From assembly GCA_964519305.1 (NCBI GenBank), contig CAZFHY010000001.1:378132-442131 (forward strand): a stretch of 64,000 bases of DNA, in the 5' to 3' direction. Shown one piece after another: positions 17,143-25,952 of the stretch. The position numbers and the translations under genes are program-made. The notes under the pieces were generated by a model. It was not told the DNA's origin. It ran no database searches and saw nothing but the letters and a program-made list of their open reading frames with translations. This stretch comes from Candidatus Undinarchaeota archaeon. Its GTDB lineage: Archaea; SpSt-1190; JASMDC01. Position 1 is the stretch's first letter. The number at the start of each line of letters is the position of its first letter.

Positions 17143-18404
17143 GAGCGCTCCCGCTGCTCATTGGTGCACTGGTCCTGCTCCAGCTGCCGCATACTTTCGC
17201 GGCGATTCCAGGATGGGACTCTCTGGCGTTCCTCTCCAACGCGCAGGTGATGGCTGGCGAGGGACATTACTACGAGTGGATCCGACCGCCAGGGATGCCT
17301 GCGCTGCTCGCGGCCGTGCAGGGTGTGTGCGGGCAAAGCCTGCTGGTGCTCAGGTTATGTGCGCTGGTGCTCCTGGTGCTGCCCATGGCGGCCGCTGCCG
17401 TGCTGGCACGGCGGGAGGGGTGCGACAATAACGCAGAACTCGTCGTTCTGCTGGTGGGGCTGAGCCCTCTGGTGCTCCTCTACGGGGGACAGGTGCAGGC
17501 CGATATCGCTACAGCAGGGCTGGTCACGACCGCGCTGGCCGCGTGGGGCCGTGACGAGCGGTTAGGGGTGATACTGGGCGCGGTGGCCGTTCTGTTCCGA
17601 TACCCTGCGGGTGTAGTGCTGCTGGCGCTCTGTCGGCGGCGGACAGTTCCTGTGGTCGCGCTGGTGGTGGGGATCGTGCTCCTGCCGTGGCTCGCGGCCA
17701 ACCACGCGCGCTTCGGAGACCCTTTCCATTCCATCACTGCCAAGCTCGTGCAGCAGCAGAGGATGTCGCGGATGCCGCTCATGTTCTATATTGGGCAGCT
17801 CGCGCCCGCCCTGGGCCCTGCCGTGCTAGCTGCGATAGTCACACGGAGACGGGATGTTTTGCCAGTGGTGGTCGTGCTCGCGCTGACACTCCTGACGCTC
17901 AACGTCAACAAGGAGGCGCGCTACCTCATGGTCGTCGCTCCCGCCGCCCTCGTGCTCGCCTCGGGCGGGCTCTCCCGGCTCGGCAGGCCAGCGATCGTCA
18001 TTGCCATCCTGCTGCAGGCGTGGTACGGCCATGCAGCGCTTGGTATGGTGGGGACGGGCTTCCCGGCAAGGGTGGCAACAGCACTTGTCGTCGCCGATCT
18101 CCGGCCGGGAGTGGTCCTGTCCGATGTATGGGTGCCCCTGAGTTATTATGGGAGGTTCCCGGCGCGATGGATACCGGACGAGTCGTACGTGGACGGGATA
18201 GTCGATACATACGGAGCGACCCACGTAGCTATCTCGGACATGGCCTGGGAACCGCTGTACGCTACAGAGGCGCACCTCAATGGAAAGGGCTATACTCCCG
18301 TGGCGGCGGTATTGCGCGGCGGCGAGCGCATCGTCGTGTACGGAACGGGGCATCCCGGTGGCGAGGTTGAGATGGTGGAGAACTGGTTCAACATCAACGA
18401 GTGA
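17139..18404 (+). CDS. GT-C fold membrane glycosyltransferase (PMT/GT39-like)
   Basis: WD...F, RPP, many TM helices, KEARY motif. Confidence 0.7.
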   Translation: MRALPLLIGALVLLQLPHTFAAIPGWDSLAFLSNAQVMAGEGHYYEWIRPPGMPALLAAVQGVCGQSLLVLRLCALVLLVLPMAAAAVLARREGCDNNAELVVLLVGLSPLVLLYGGQVQADIATAGLVTTALAAWGRDERLGVILGAVAVLFRYPAGVVLLALCRRRTVPVVALVVGIVLLPWLAANHARFGDPFHSITAKLVQQQRMSRMPLMFYIGQLAPALGPAVLAAIVTRRRDVLPVVVVLALTLLTLNVNKEARYLMVVAPAALVLASGGLSRLGRPAIVIAILLQAWYGHAALGMVGTGFPARVATALVVADLRPGVVLSDVWVPLSYYGRFPARWIPDESYVDGIVDTYGATHVAISDMAWEPLYATEAHLNGKGYTPVAAVLRGGERIVVYGTGHPGGEVEMVENWFNINE

Positions 18405-18416
18405 TACTCTTCTCGC

Positions 18417-19580
18417 CTACTCGTCCCCATACTCGCCTTTCGCTTCCATCTCTAGCTGCTCGTGGAGCGCGTCGGAGATATGCATCGACTCCCGGAACAC
18501 GTGGAGCATCTCCTCCTCCTTGTCCGTCAGCTCGCCGTCCCGCCACGCGATCCTCAGCTCCTCCCGGTAGAGGTCGATGACCTTCTCGGGCGTCATGTGC
18601 GCGAGGGCGGATTCAACTATGTCAGGGAACATTCGGTCGGTTAGGTTGTCGCTCACGCGCTTGGCGGGAACGGAGATGGCGAGCACAAGGCCCGAAGTGG
18701 CGGCCTTGGCCACCTCGATACCCCCCAGCACAGTCGTTTGCAGGCCGGCCAGGAAGGTGGTTGAAACAAGGCGCTCCATGAGCCCCTCGATCCCAACGAA
18801 CGCCCCGGCGAGAATCGTTGTGAAGATGGTGTAGAGGATGCTCTTCTTCACCACGAGGTTGATGTCGAAGAGCTGCTCCTTGACGATGCCATAGGCCATG
18901 ATGATAGCGGGGAACGGTATCAGCACGGTCCCGACGTTGAAGCTGAAGGTGTAGTCGAAGATGTAGTAGGCGAACCGGGTGCTCAGGACGCTGGCAAGCG
19001 GGAAGAGGGCTGCGAGCATGAAGTAGGCCATGCGTCTCCGCAGTGCTGGGTTCTCCCCCTGCTGGAACATCCTGAAGAAGTCGTTGATCAGGAGCACCAG
19101 CATAACGATGAGATAGACCGAGCGGAGGACGTGCAGGGGTCCCGACTTGTCAGCACTGTCGAACCGACCATAGGAAGAGCCCTCCATCTCCACCACCGGG
19201 TCCAGGAACAGGTGCGGAAAGGCGAACAGTACGACGAAGTAGATGAGAGGGATGACGTACAGAAGGAGAATCTTCTTGCTCTCGCTCACGGCGCCCCCAT
19301 ATCTCAACTCACGGGTGAAGTGGAGCATGAAGGCCACACCGAACGTATCGGAGAGGACGTAGAACGAGCGCCAGAGACGCCAGGCCGCGATGGTGGTACT
19401 GCTCACCATCATCGCCGTGGAGATGGAGAACGTCGCCATGCAGTAGAACGAGGAGACGAACAGCATGGTGACCGGGTCACGGCACTTCTGGTAGCACACG
19501 AAGGACGTCACGGTGAACACGATCAGGAACGAGAGGAGGTACAACACTGTCTCGACCGTGAAGACGTACGATTCCAGCAT
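18417..19580 (-). CDS. 7TM (HisKA_7TM-like) membrane sensor with a short TerB-like C-terminal domain and no kinase
   Basis: TM array ending YGIVK.QLFDI; tail YREELRIAWRDGELT..E..ML..FRESM.IS...H..LE; start MLESY. Confidence 0.65.
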   Translation of the reverse strand: MLESYVFTVETVLYLLSFLIVFTVTSFVCYQKCRDPVTMLFVSSFYCMATFSISTAMMVSSTTIAAWRLWRSFYVLSDTFGVAFMLHFTRELRYGGAVSESKKILLLYVIPLIYFVVLFAFPHLFLDPVVEMEGSSYGRFDSADKSGPLHVLRSVYLIVMLVLLINDFFRMFQQGENPALRRRMAYFMLAALFPLASVLSTRFAYYIFDYTFSFNVGTVLIPFPAIIMAYGIVKEQLFDINLVVKKSILYTIFTTILAGAFVGIEGLMERLVSTTFLAGLQTTVLGGIEVAKAATSGLVLAISVPAKRVSDNLTDRMFPDIVESALAHMTPEKVIDLYREELRIAWRDGELTDKEEEMLHVFRESMHISDALHEQLEMEAKGEYGDE

Positions 19581-19651
19581 CCTAAATAATCCAGAGGGGG
19601 TTATAGCATAAAAAGGGGCCACCTGTTGCGTGCGAGATGCTCTAGGGTGTC

Positions 19652-20134
19652 TTATGGCCGTGCCGGGACCGTCGCATTGAACATAGGCGTACCATCGATG
19701 GAGACGGTCAGGCGCACGTGCCGGGCCGGGTCCACCGGTAGGTCGGACAGCCGTATCCCCGTCTCCTGCACTACCTTCGAGAGCGGACGGTCCTGTTCCG
19801 CCCGGGCCTGTAGCCGGTGCGGGCATTCCCTGCACTGGTGGGCCCTGCCGCTGATTAGCTCAACCCGCACATCCTGTCCGGAGACCGTGAACGTACCGTT
19901 GGTAAAGACGTCACAGATAGTCTCCCTCCGTATCAGAACGCTCATGAACACCGATGTGGAATCCTCACCCAACCATCGCGCCGTAACGCCGTCGAGAACG
20001 AGCTCAGGTGGGAGACCTCGGGGGTAGTGTCCGGTCACGAACTCCACCTCCCGCAGCTCTTGCTCTAGGACGCGGGAGGTACACCCGGTCGCAACGACCG
20101 CCACGAGGATGAGGAGGATGGCCCTCCGATCCAT
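19652..20134 (-). CDS. Putative lipoprotein
   Basis: Signal peptide with lipobox-like VATGC. Confidence 0.6.
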   Translation of the reverse strand: MDRRAILLILVAVVATGCTSRVLEQELREVEFVTGHYPRGLPPELVLDGVTARWLGEDSTSVFMSVLIRRETICDVFTNGTFTVSGQDVRVELISGRAHQCRECPHRLQARAEQDRPLSKVVQETGIRLSDLPVDPARHVRLTVSIDGTPMFNATVPARP

Positions 20135-20221
20135 AGAGCAATTTTATCCCTTATGATTAATTAAACGTAATCCTGTCGGCCCGGGCGAAGGTATTCAAAC
20201 CTTAGCCAGCGTAGAAGGAGC

Positions 20222-20419
20222 ATGGACGGACGCCACCGCAGGGATATCCGCCCGGGCATTAACGTCCGGATCGTGCTCAAGAAGGACCAGCGATCCGGGA
20301 AGCTCACCGAGGGCGTGGTCAAGGACATCCTCACCCGGTCGGCCACCCACCCTCACGGCATCAAGGTCCGCCTACGCGACGGTCAGGTGGGCAGGGTCAA
20401 AGAGATAGTCGAGGGCTAA
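20222..20419 (+). CDS. YwbE family (DUF2196) protein
   Basis: IVLKKDQRSG.LT.G.VKDILT.S..HPHGIKVRL.DGQVGRV is diagnostic. Confidence 0.9.
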   Translation: MDGRHRRDIRPGINVRIVLKKDQRSGKLTEGVVKDILTRSATHPHGIKVRLRDGQVGRVKEIVEG

Positions 20420-20868
20420 TCGCGGTCCGACCGGTCGAACTCCACGGGGATGCTGATGCCCCTCCCGTCCTCGATCTCGAAGGCGTTGAAGTGTAGGTGT
20501 GGATGCGACATGCACCCCGAGAGCCCGGTGTAGCCAAGGATATCGCCCGTACTAACGTACTGGCCTTTCTCCACCTCCACCGCGTCCTTACCGAGGTGGA
20601 TGTACTCGGCGTAAGTGCCATCGCCGTGATCAACGACCACGTAGTTCGCCTCGTGAGCAAGGGCCACGTCCAGCCCCCAGCGGTCCGAGTCGTCCTTGGT
20701 CATGATGACCGTTCCCTCTCGGGCGCAAAGGACCGGCGTGTCCACGTCGAGTAGGAAGTCCACGGCGTACCGGGACTCGGGGAAGTTCTCGTGAGCGTAC
20801 CGGCCGCCCGGGCGGCCCACCCGCTCCTCCACCGATTCGGGGAATGGGAGCTGGTACTCGGCCTCCAT
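20416..20868 (-). CDS. M23 family metallopeptidase (stand-alone catalytic domain)
   Basis: H..YAVDF, NYVVVDH, Y.HL, G.SG....PHLHF motifs. Confidence 0.88.
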   Translation of the reverse strand: MEAEYQLPFPESVEERVGRPGGRYAHENFPESRYAVDFLLDVDTPVLCAREGTVIMTKDDSDRWGLDVALAHEANYVVVDHGDGTYAEYIHLGKDAVEVEKGQYVSTGDILGYTGLSGCMSHPHLHFNAFEIEDGRGISIPVEFDRSDRD

Positions 20869-20999
20869 GTGACACGTCCGTCCCGCAGCCCATACTTCAA
20901 GGTTTCGGTCCGCACACGAGGACCATGCGTTCCCGGACCCCGGGTGCCTGCCCGGGCGAGGGGACGGTCTTTTTATTATTGCAGGCGGGCTGCCCCACC

Positions 21000-21365
21000 A
21001 TGGATGACAGGAACCTACTGCATGCAGTGCTCGCCCTGTGCGCGATCTCGCTCATAGTCAACGTCATGGTCCTTCAAGAGATGAAGGGCACTCCGGTAGC
21101 CTCGGGGGATCCAGCCGCCCCGCCGGAGAACTTCGGCGAGGGGAGCGGGTGCAACGCCATATGCGATGATATGTTCCGGCAACTTCGAGAATACCACGAT
21201 CTGGACCTGACGGAAGCGAAGGGCAAGATCCGGCAAGCGTGCGTGAATGCCTGCGTTGGCAGGGCGGACCCGATCCACAGAAAGTGCCTGAGCATGGAGG
21301 AAGAAAAGAGTGATTTTCATTCCGTCGGGTGTCTCAGATTCCACGATCTGCTCATCGTGGGATGA
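21000..21365 (+). CDS. Small membrane-anchored Cys-rich protein
   Basis: N-terminal TM, CxxxC pairs; ATG ~30 nt after a TTTTTATTA box. Confidence 0.55.
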   Translation: MDDRNLLHAVLALCAISLIVNVMVLQEMKGTPVASGDPAAPPENFGEGSGCNAICDDMFRQLREYHDLDLTEAKGKIRQACVNACVGRADPIHRKCLSMEEEKSDFHSVGCLRFHDLLIVG

Positions 21366-21967
21366 TCGATACCTGCAAGGTCCTCGTAGAAGTCGTCCAC
21401 TGAGCCCGCGCCTGCAAGCGCCAGCATGGCCTCCTCGTACCGCTCGAACCTCGGCATCGCCTTGTGGAGGTTCTCGATGATGGTGTCCTTGATGTCCTGC
21501 GGGATGGGGAGGCCGTTGACCCTGTCCTCGATCTCGGCGGCGCGCTCCCGGACGGGGATCGCCCTGCCAACGCGCACGGACATGTCCGCATAGGTGAGGA
21601 GCATGCCCTCCAGGCCCACCGGCAGGTACTGCTCGACATCGCCCTCGGCCTCGCCGTACTGCTCGGCGAGCTGGCCATGCATCACCAATTTAGCAACGGT
21701 CGGATCGACACCCTCCTCTAGAAGAAGTTCGATGGAAGCTAGCTCGTGCTTCTCGGGTCCAGCGGCGTAACCGATATCGTGGACGTAGCCTAGAAAACCG
21801 ATAAGCTCAGGATCGAGCCCCAGCTCGGGGTGGCGCTCGCTGATGCGCTCGGCTACTATGTAAGCGAAATCGCCGACCCCCTGCGAGTGCTCGAGCTTCG
21901 TCGCGAGCTCGTCAGCGCCCAGGTAGGACTCCATAAGCTCGAGACCGGCATCCCGGTCGTACCCCAT
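21317..21967 (-). CDS. HD-domain phosphohydrolase
   Basis: HS..V, VHDIG, H, YAD motifs. Confidence 0.85.
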   Translation of the reverse strand: MGYDRDAGLELMESYLGADELATKLEHSQGVGDFAYIVAERISERHPELGLDPELIGFLGYVHDIGYAAGPEKHELASIELLLEEGVDPTVAKLVMHGQLAEQYGEAEGDVEQYLPVGLEGMLLTYADMSVRVGRAIPVRERAAEIEDRVNGLPIPQDIKDTIIENLHKAMPRFERYEEAMLALAGAGSVDDFYEDLAGIDHPTMSRSWNLRHPTE

Positions 21968-22036
21968 TGCTCGTTCTTACGCGTCAGGCACTAATAAGCG
22001 TTCGTCCACCGCTCGCCGGAGTGCTGGCGGGCCGGT

Positions 22037-22933
22037 TCAGAGAAAGGCCTCTAGCTCATCGGGGAGGTTCTCGATGAACCAGTCCATACCGCGCCCATCG
22101 GCCCGTGCCGTCTCAGCGATGTAGTCGAACCCGATTATGTACTGGGCGTCCTTTAGCGCGTGGGCGAACTGCGGCGATGTGCACAGCTCAGGGGCCTTGC
22201 CCGCTTCCATCTGCTGCTTGGCCACCAGAAGGCCCTGGACCATGGTCCGGTAATCCTCGCCGGGAGCGGTCTGCTCCACGTACTTCCGGGCCGCGTAGGC
22301 AGCTGCTTCGGGCAGCTCGTCCTTGTGAGTGAGCAGTGCGCCCATGGCCATGTAATCGGCCTGTCCCTCGATGATCGTGAGGACGGGGAGGGCGTTGTAC
22401 ACCAGTTGCATCCCTTCAGGCATGTGGTTGGTGCTGAATAAGCCTTTGAGCCTGCCCGTGACCGAGTCCTTCTCCTGCTGGATCGCCTTGGCGCTTGCAG
22501 CGATGAGCTCGGGCTCCGAGGGTGCCCCGTGGTTACGCTGGTAACCGTGGACCAGCTCGTGGGCGAGGATGTACACCAGCTCGCCTTGGTCCGCCATGGT
22601 CGAGGGATCCACCTCGACACCTCCGCCCAGGTCGTCCAGGACACGGGGACGGGCGGCGTTGTCCATGACCAGCACACGGTGGTTGAGACCGTCGTAGATC
22701 CCGGCCGTGGCCGAGTACACGTGCTTGGCGCGCTCGTGCACCGTCGCTGCGTCCGGTTCGGCACCGGTCAGGGCACGGTCCCTGTCGCGCACGTACGACT
22801 CGACGTCAGTGATACTTGCATGCACTACCTCGGGGACGGCGCCGTACTCGACACCAAAGCTCTCCTCGATATAGGAGACCAGGGTATGCACCAACTCATC
22901 GCATCCCATGACGTCCACGCTGGGGCCGTACAT
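22037..22933 (-). CDS. Zincin-type Zn metalloprotease
   Basis: AHELVHGYQ (HExxH) plus downstream EG.ADY; start MYGPS placed below a CTATAAA box. Confidence 0.75.
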   Translation of the reverse strand: MYGPSVDVMGCDELVHTLVSYIEESFGVEYGAVPEVVHASITDVESYVRDRDRALTGAEPDAATVHERAKHVYSATAGIYDGLNHRVLVMDNAARPRVLDDLGGGVEVDPSTMADQGELVYILAHELVHGYQRNHGAPSEPELIAASAKAIQQEKDSVTGRLKGLFSTNHMPEGMQLVYNALPVLTIIEGQADYMAMGALLTHKDELPEAAAYAARKYVEQTAPGEDYRTMVQGLLVAKQQMEAGKAPELCTSPQFAHALKDAQYIIGFDYIAETARADGRGMDWFIENLPDELEAFL

Positions 22934-23097
22934 CAGACAGTTCGGCGATAGAAGTGTCCGTTTATAGTTTCCCATGGGTGGATGATGATCGTATACCATT
23001 GAGGGGACAGGATTACCGTTTTCCGGAAGTCAGATCCACACTATCACAATGATAGCACGGTCTACGACAGTGGATCCCTGGATCTCCGGACGTCCGC

Positions 23098-24264
23098 TCA
23101 GAGCTCGAGGCCGAGGTCTGCGACCTTCCCGCTGTAGGTCTCCTTGAACTCCTTAGCGTCGACCTCGAAGTTGTAGCCCGTGGAACGCTCGGCGTACCGG
23201 ACGGCGGCCATGTCACGCTTGTCGATGTACGTCTTGGACATCACGTTGAGCGCGGTGCTCACGTCGAGGTAGAGCTTCTTGACCTCCTTCTCGTGTCCCT
23301 CGATGTCATCGATGGCAGCGTCCATGTGCTTGCGCATCCCATCCATGCCCGTCTTGAGGTAATCGATACGCGTCCTCCACCGGTGGTAGGTGCTCTCCTT
23401 CTTGCCCTGGTAGAGCACAGTGGAGAGGTCGCCGACGTTCTGGCCGATACCGGTGTAACCTGAGTCGTTGATCCCGTCAATGGTGGAGAGGAGCGCGGAG
23501 GGCGGCCGCTCGCCGACATCCGCATAGAGTTCCTTGAAGGTGTCCACGTTCTCTTCGAACGAGTAGCCCTTGGCCCTTTCTGCGAGGAGCACGTCGTTGG
23601 ACTCGGCCTTGAAGCCGAGGTAACCCTTCTCGAGGTAGTTGAGGGCCGTTGACACGTCGAGGATGAAGGACTTGCCCGTGCTCTCGTCCATACCGCCCAC
23701 CTCACCGTCGATGTTGGCGTAGAGGTTGGACATGGTCTCTTTGAGCACGTCGAGCCGGGTCTCCCAGTTGCCCTCCTTGGAGTTGAGGGTGGACCTAAGC
23801 TTTGAGAGGGTGCCGGTCACGTCGGCGTGGTCCTGCTTGTTGAGGTTGTTACAGACGACGTCGAACTCGGTGCCGCCAAGGTCCTTCTTGAGGAACTTGC
23901 CCACGTACGCACCGGCGAGCGCCCCGACCCCGAGCCCGACGACGAGCCCGCCCGGACCGAAGTGGCTGCCCACGTACGCACCGATGCCCGCGCCAACGTT
24001 GCCTGTGAGGCCTCGGACGTCACCGAACATGGTCTCACCCACGGTACCGACGAAATCCTGGACGTGCTCGTAGCGGTCCTTGATGTAGTTGCCGAACCGC
24101 TGGTACCACTTGAGGTCAGGCTCCTCGGCCGCCTCTTCCTGGTCGGCCTGCTCGTCGACAGAGTACTCAGAGGTACCGTAAGAGGGCACGGAGACGTCGT
24201 CCAGCTTCGGCTGGTCCTCCGTGTCGTTCTTATCCTTGAAATCCTCTTCGTCGAGCGCAAACAT
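23098..24264 (-). CDS. Hypothetical protein: acidic N-terminus, glycine-zipper hairpin, two tandem helical repeats
   Basis: GAGIGAYVG..G..VGLGVGALAGAYVG; LDVSTALN occurs twice and ER..GY.FE....FKE.Y occurs twice. Confidence 0.75.
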   Translation of the reverse strand: MFALDEEDFKDKNDTEDQPKLDDVSVPSYGTSEYSVDEQADQEEAAEEPDLKWYQRFGNYIKDRYEHVQDFVGTVGETMFGDVRGLTGNVGAGIGAYVGSHFGPGGLVVGLGVGALAGAYVGKFLKKDLGGTEFDVVCNNLNKQDHADVTGTLSKLRSTLNSKEGNWETRLDVLKETMSNLYANIDGEVGGMDESTGKSFILDVSTALNYLEKGYLGFKAESNDVLLAERAKGYSFEENVDTFKELYADVGERPPSALLSTIDGINDSGYTGIGQNVGDLSTVLYQGKKESTYHRWRTRIDYLKTGMDGMRKHMDAAIDDIEGHEKEVKKLYLDVSTALNVMSKTYIDKRDMAAVRYAERSTGYNFEVDAKEFKETYSGKVADLGLEL

Positions 24265-24409
24265 TCCTATCGCCTGTCACAATGTCGCACGATAGCTGGT
24301 ATTTATAGTTTCCCTGTGGATGACACGCCGTCCCTGGAGGCCGGTGACGGCGCCCGGGGGCCGCCTTTTAGCCGACACGCATAAAAACCTGTAGGAGCAC
24401 GGACCCACC

Positions 24410-25189
24410 ATGGGGAAGAAGGTCGTGCTCCTGGCATTGCTTGCCATCACCGTAGCGATCCCTTTGATCGAACAAGGCCTGCTACACCTCGCAGTCTCAT
24501 CGGGCAATCCCGACGTGTGCTCGGTGGTATCCATGGGCCCATGCACGCTGTGGCGGTACAATCAGGCCCCGACAAGGATGAACTCCACGGAAACGGCCGA
24601 CCTCTACCTCTGCGCGCTCCTCGGTTCCTGCGACCGCGGGCCGGAGGTCGACTGTCACGATGCGTGCCTGACCGACGTGTGGCGTGCATCGGCCTCAGCG
24701 TCGTTCTCCTGCGACATGTTCACCCAGACCGAGACCGGTATGGAGACCAGCCCGTTCGCGTCCCAGGCGTCCAGCGACCTGCGCACCATCTGCTATTGTC
24801 GACGCGCGGCCAACGCTGACAACGTGACCTTCCTGGACATCCTGAGCGAGCGGGACCGGGACCTATGCCTCGCCCGGTTCGCCGAGGTGAAGGAGGACGC
24901 TGCCTACTGTGCGATGATCGGTCAGAACGGTACGAAGACCACTGGCGCGTGGTCCACGGCCCAGGCCCTGTGCCTGAGCGACACCATCAAGGTCTCTCTG
25001 GACAACAACTCGACGTTCGACTGCGACACGGTAGACAAGAGCGCCAGCGCCGTCCTTGGTGATACCAAAATGCCGCTCCCGTTCTATTGCAAGTCGAGGC
25101 TGGCCCGCCACAGCGGATCGGTCTCGCACTGCGACAGCATCCCCGAGGATTATGCACGGGTGTCCTGCCTGCGCAACTGGCGCAACTGA
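24410..25189 (+). CDS. Secreted Cys-rich repeat protein
   Basis: Signal/TM segment, repeated C..I......C units, NxS/T sequons. Confidence 0.7.
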   Translation: MGKKVVLLALLAITVAIPLIEQGLLHLAVSSGNPDVCSVVSMGPCTLWRYNQAPTRMNSTETADLYLCALLGSCDRGPEVDCHDACLTDVWRASASASFSCDMFTQTETGMETSPFASQASSDLRTICYCRRAANADNVTFLDILSERDRDLCLARFAEVKEDAAYCAMIGQNGTKTTGAWSTAQALCLSDTIKVSLDNNSTFDCDTVDKSASAVLGDTKMPLPFYCKSRLARHSGSVSHCDSIPEDYARVSCLRNWRN

Positions 25190-25245
25190 ACGGCCCCTAC
25201 TGAAAATTGCGGTCTATCTGGTGATGATAATCAGACCGTTCCTCT

Positions 25246-25848
25246 TCAGTACGAGCCGTCCCCGCTTTCCTTGAATATCAAGTCGCCGCCCTCTGTCCTG
25301 ATGGTCAGCCTTCCTTCGTGCTCGTTCTGGGCCTTGTGGGCAAAGAGGGATTCTTCGAGCCCGATGACATCGCTGGCCTTCCCTTCTCCGGTTATCTGGG
25401 CGCCGTACACGTCGACGCCTCCGGTCCAGCCCGAGGTCGTCCGGTAGCTGCCTGATGCGACGGAGTACTGCATATCATCCCGTCCGGCCCCGTAGGAGTT
25501 CACTGTCCTCTCGATGGAGTCCAGAGTGTTCTTCCCGAACTCTTTCATCATCAGCTCGTAACTGGCCCCGGTCACCAGCGACGGCTCACTGGTCTTCATT
25601 CCTGAGCCTTTCAGGTAGGATGAGATCTCGTTCGCTTTCTCCTTACTCACAGTGGTGACGATCGTTGCCTTGTTCGTGCCGAACGGGTTCAGAGCGGACT
25701 TCCTGTCGTAATGGGTGAACGATGGCACCACGCTCGTCGATTCGTAGATGCTTCCTATAGCTTTCTCGAGCGTCTCCATGTCCCGGTAAGAGCCCTGGAT
25801 AAGGTACGTCCCTACCCCGCTCCCATCGATTTCAGCACAATAATTCAT
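25246..25848 (-). CDS. Hypothetical protein
   Basis: Clean ORF with upstream GGTGA SD-like sequence and TTTAATAA box. Confidence 0.7.
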   Translation of the reverse strand: MNYCAEIDGSGVGTYLIQGSYRDMETLEKAIGSIYESTSVVPSFTHYDRKSALNPFGTNKATIVTTVSKEKANEISSYLKGSGMKTSEPSLVTGASYELMMKEFGKNTLDSIERTVNSYGAGRDDMQYSVASGSYRTTSGWTGGVDVYGAQITGEGKASDVIGLEESLFAHKAQNEHEGRLTIRTEGGDLIFKESGDGSY

Positions 25849-25863
25849 CGAACATCACCAGAT

Positions 25864-25883
25864 TTACTACTATATAGTAGTAA
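25864..25883. promoter_or_regulatory. Perfect 20-bp palindrome between the TATA box and the start (operator candidate)
   Basis: TTACTACTAT|ATAGTAGTAA. Confidence 0.65.
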
Positions 25884-25952
25884 TATTATTAAAGGAATTA
25901 GAACCCCCTGAGTGGTTGTATTCATTTCCGATGCACGGAGGCGATGTCGTAC

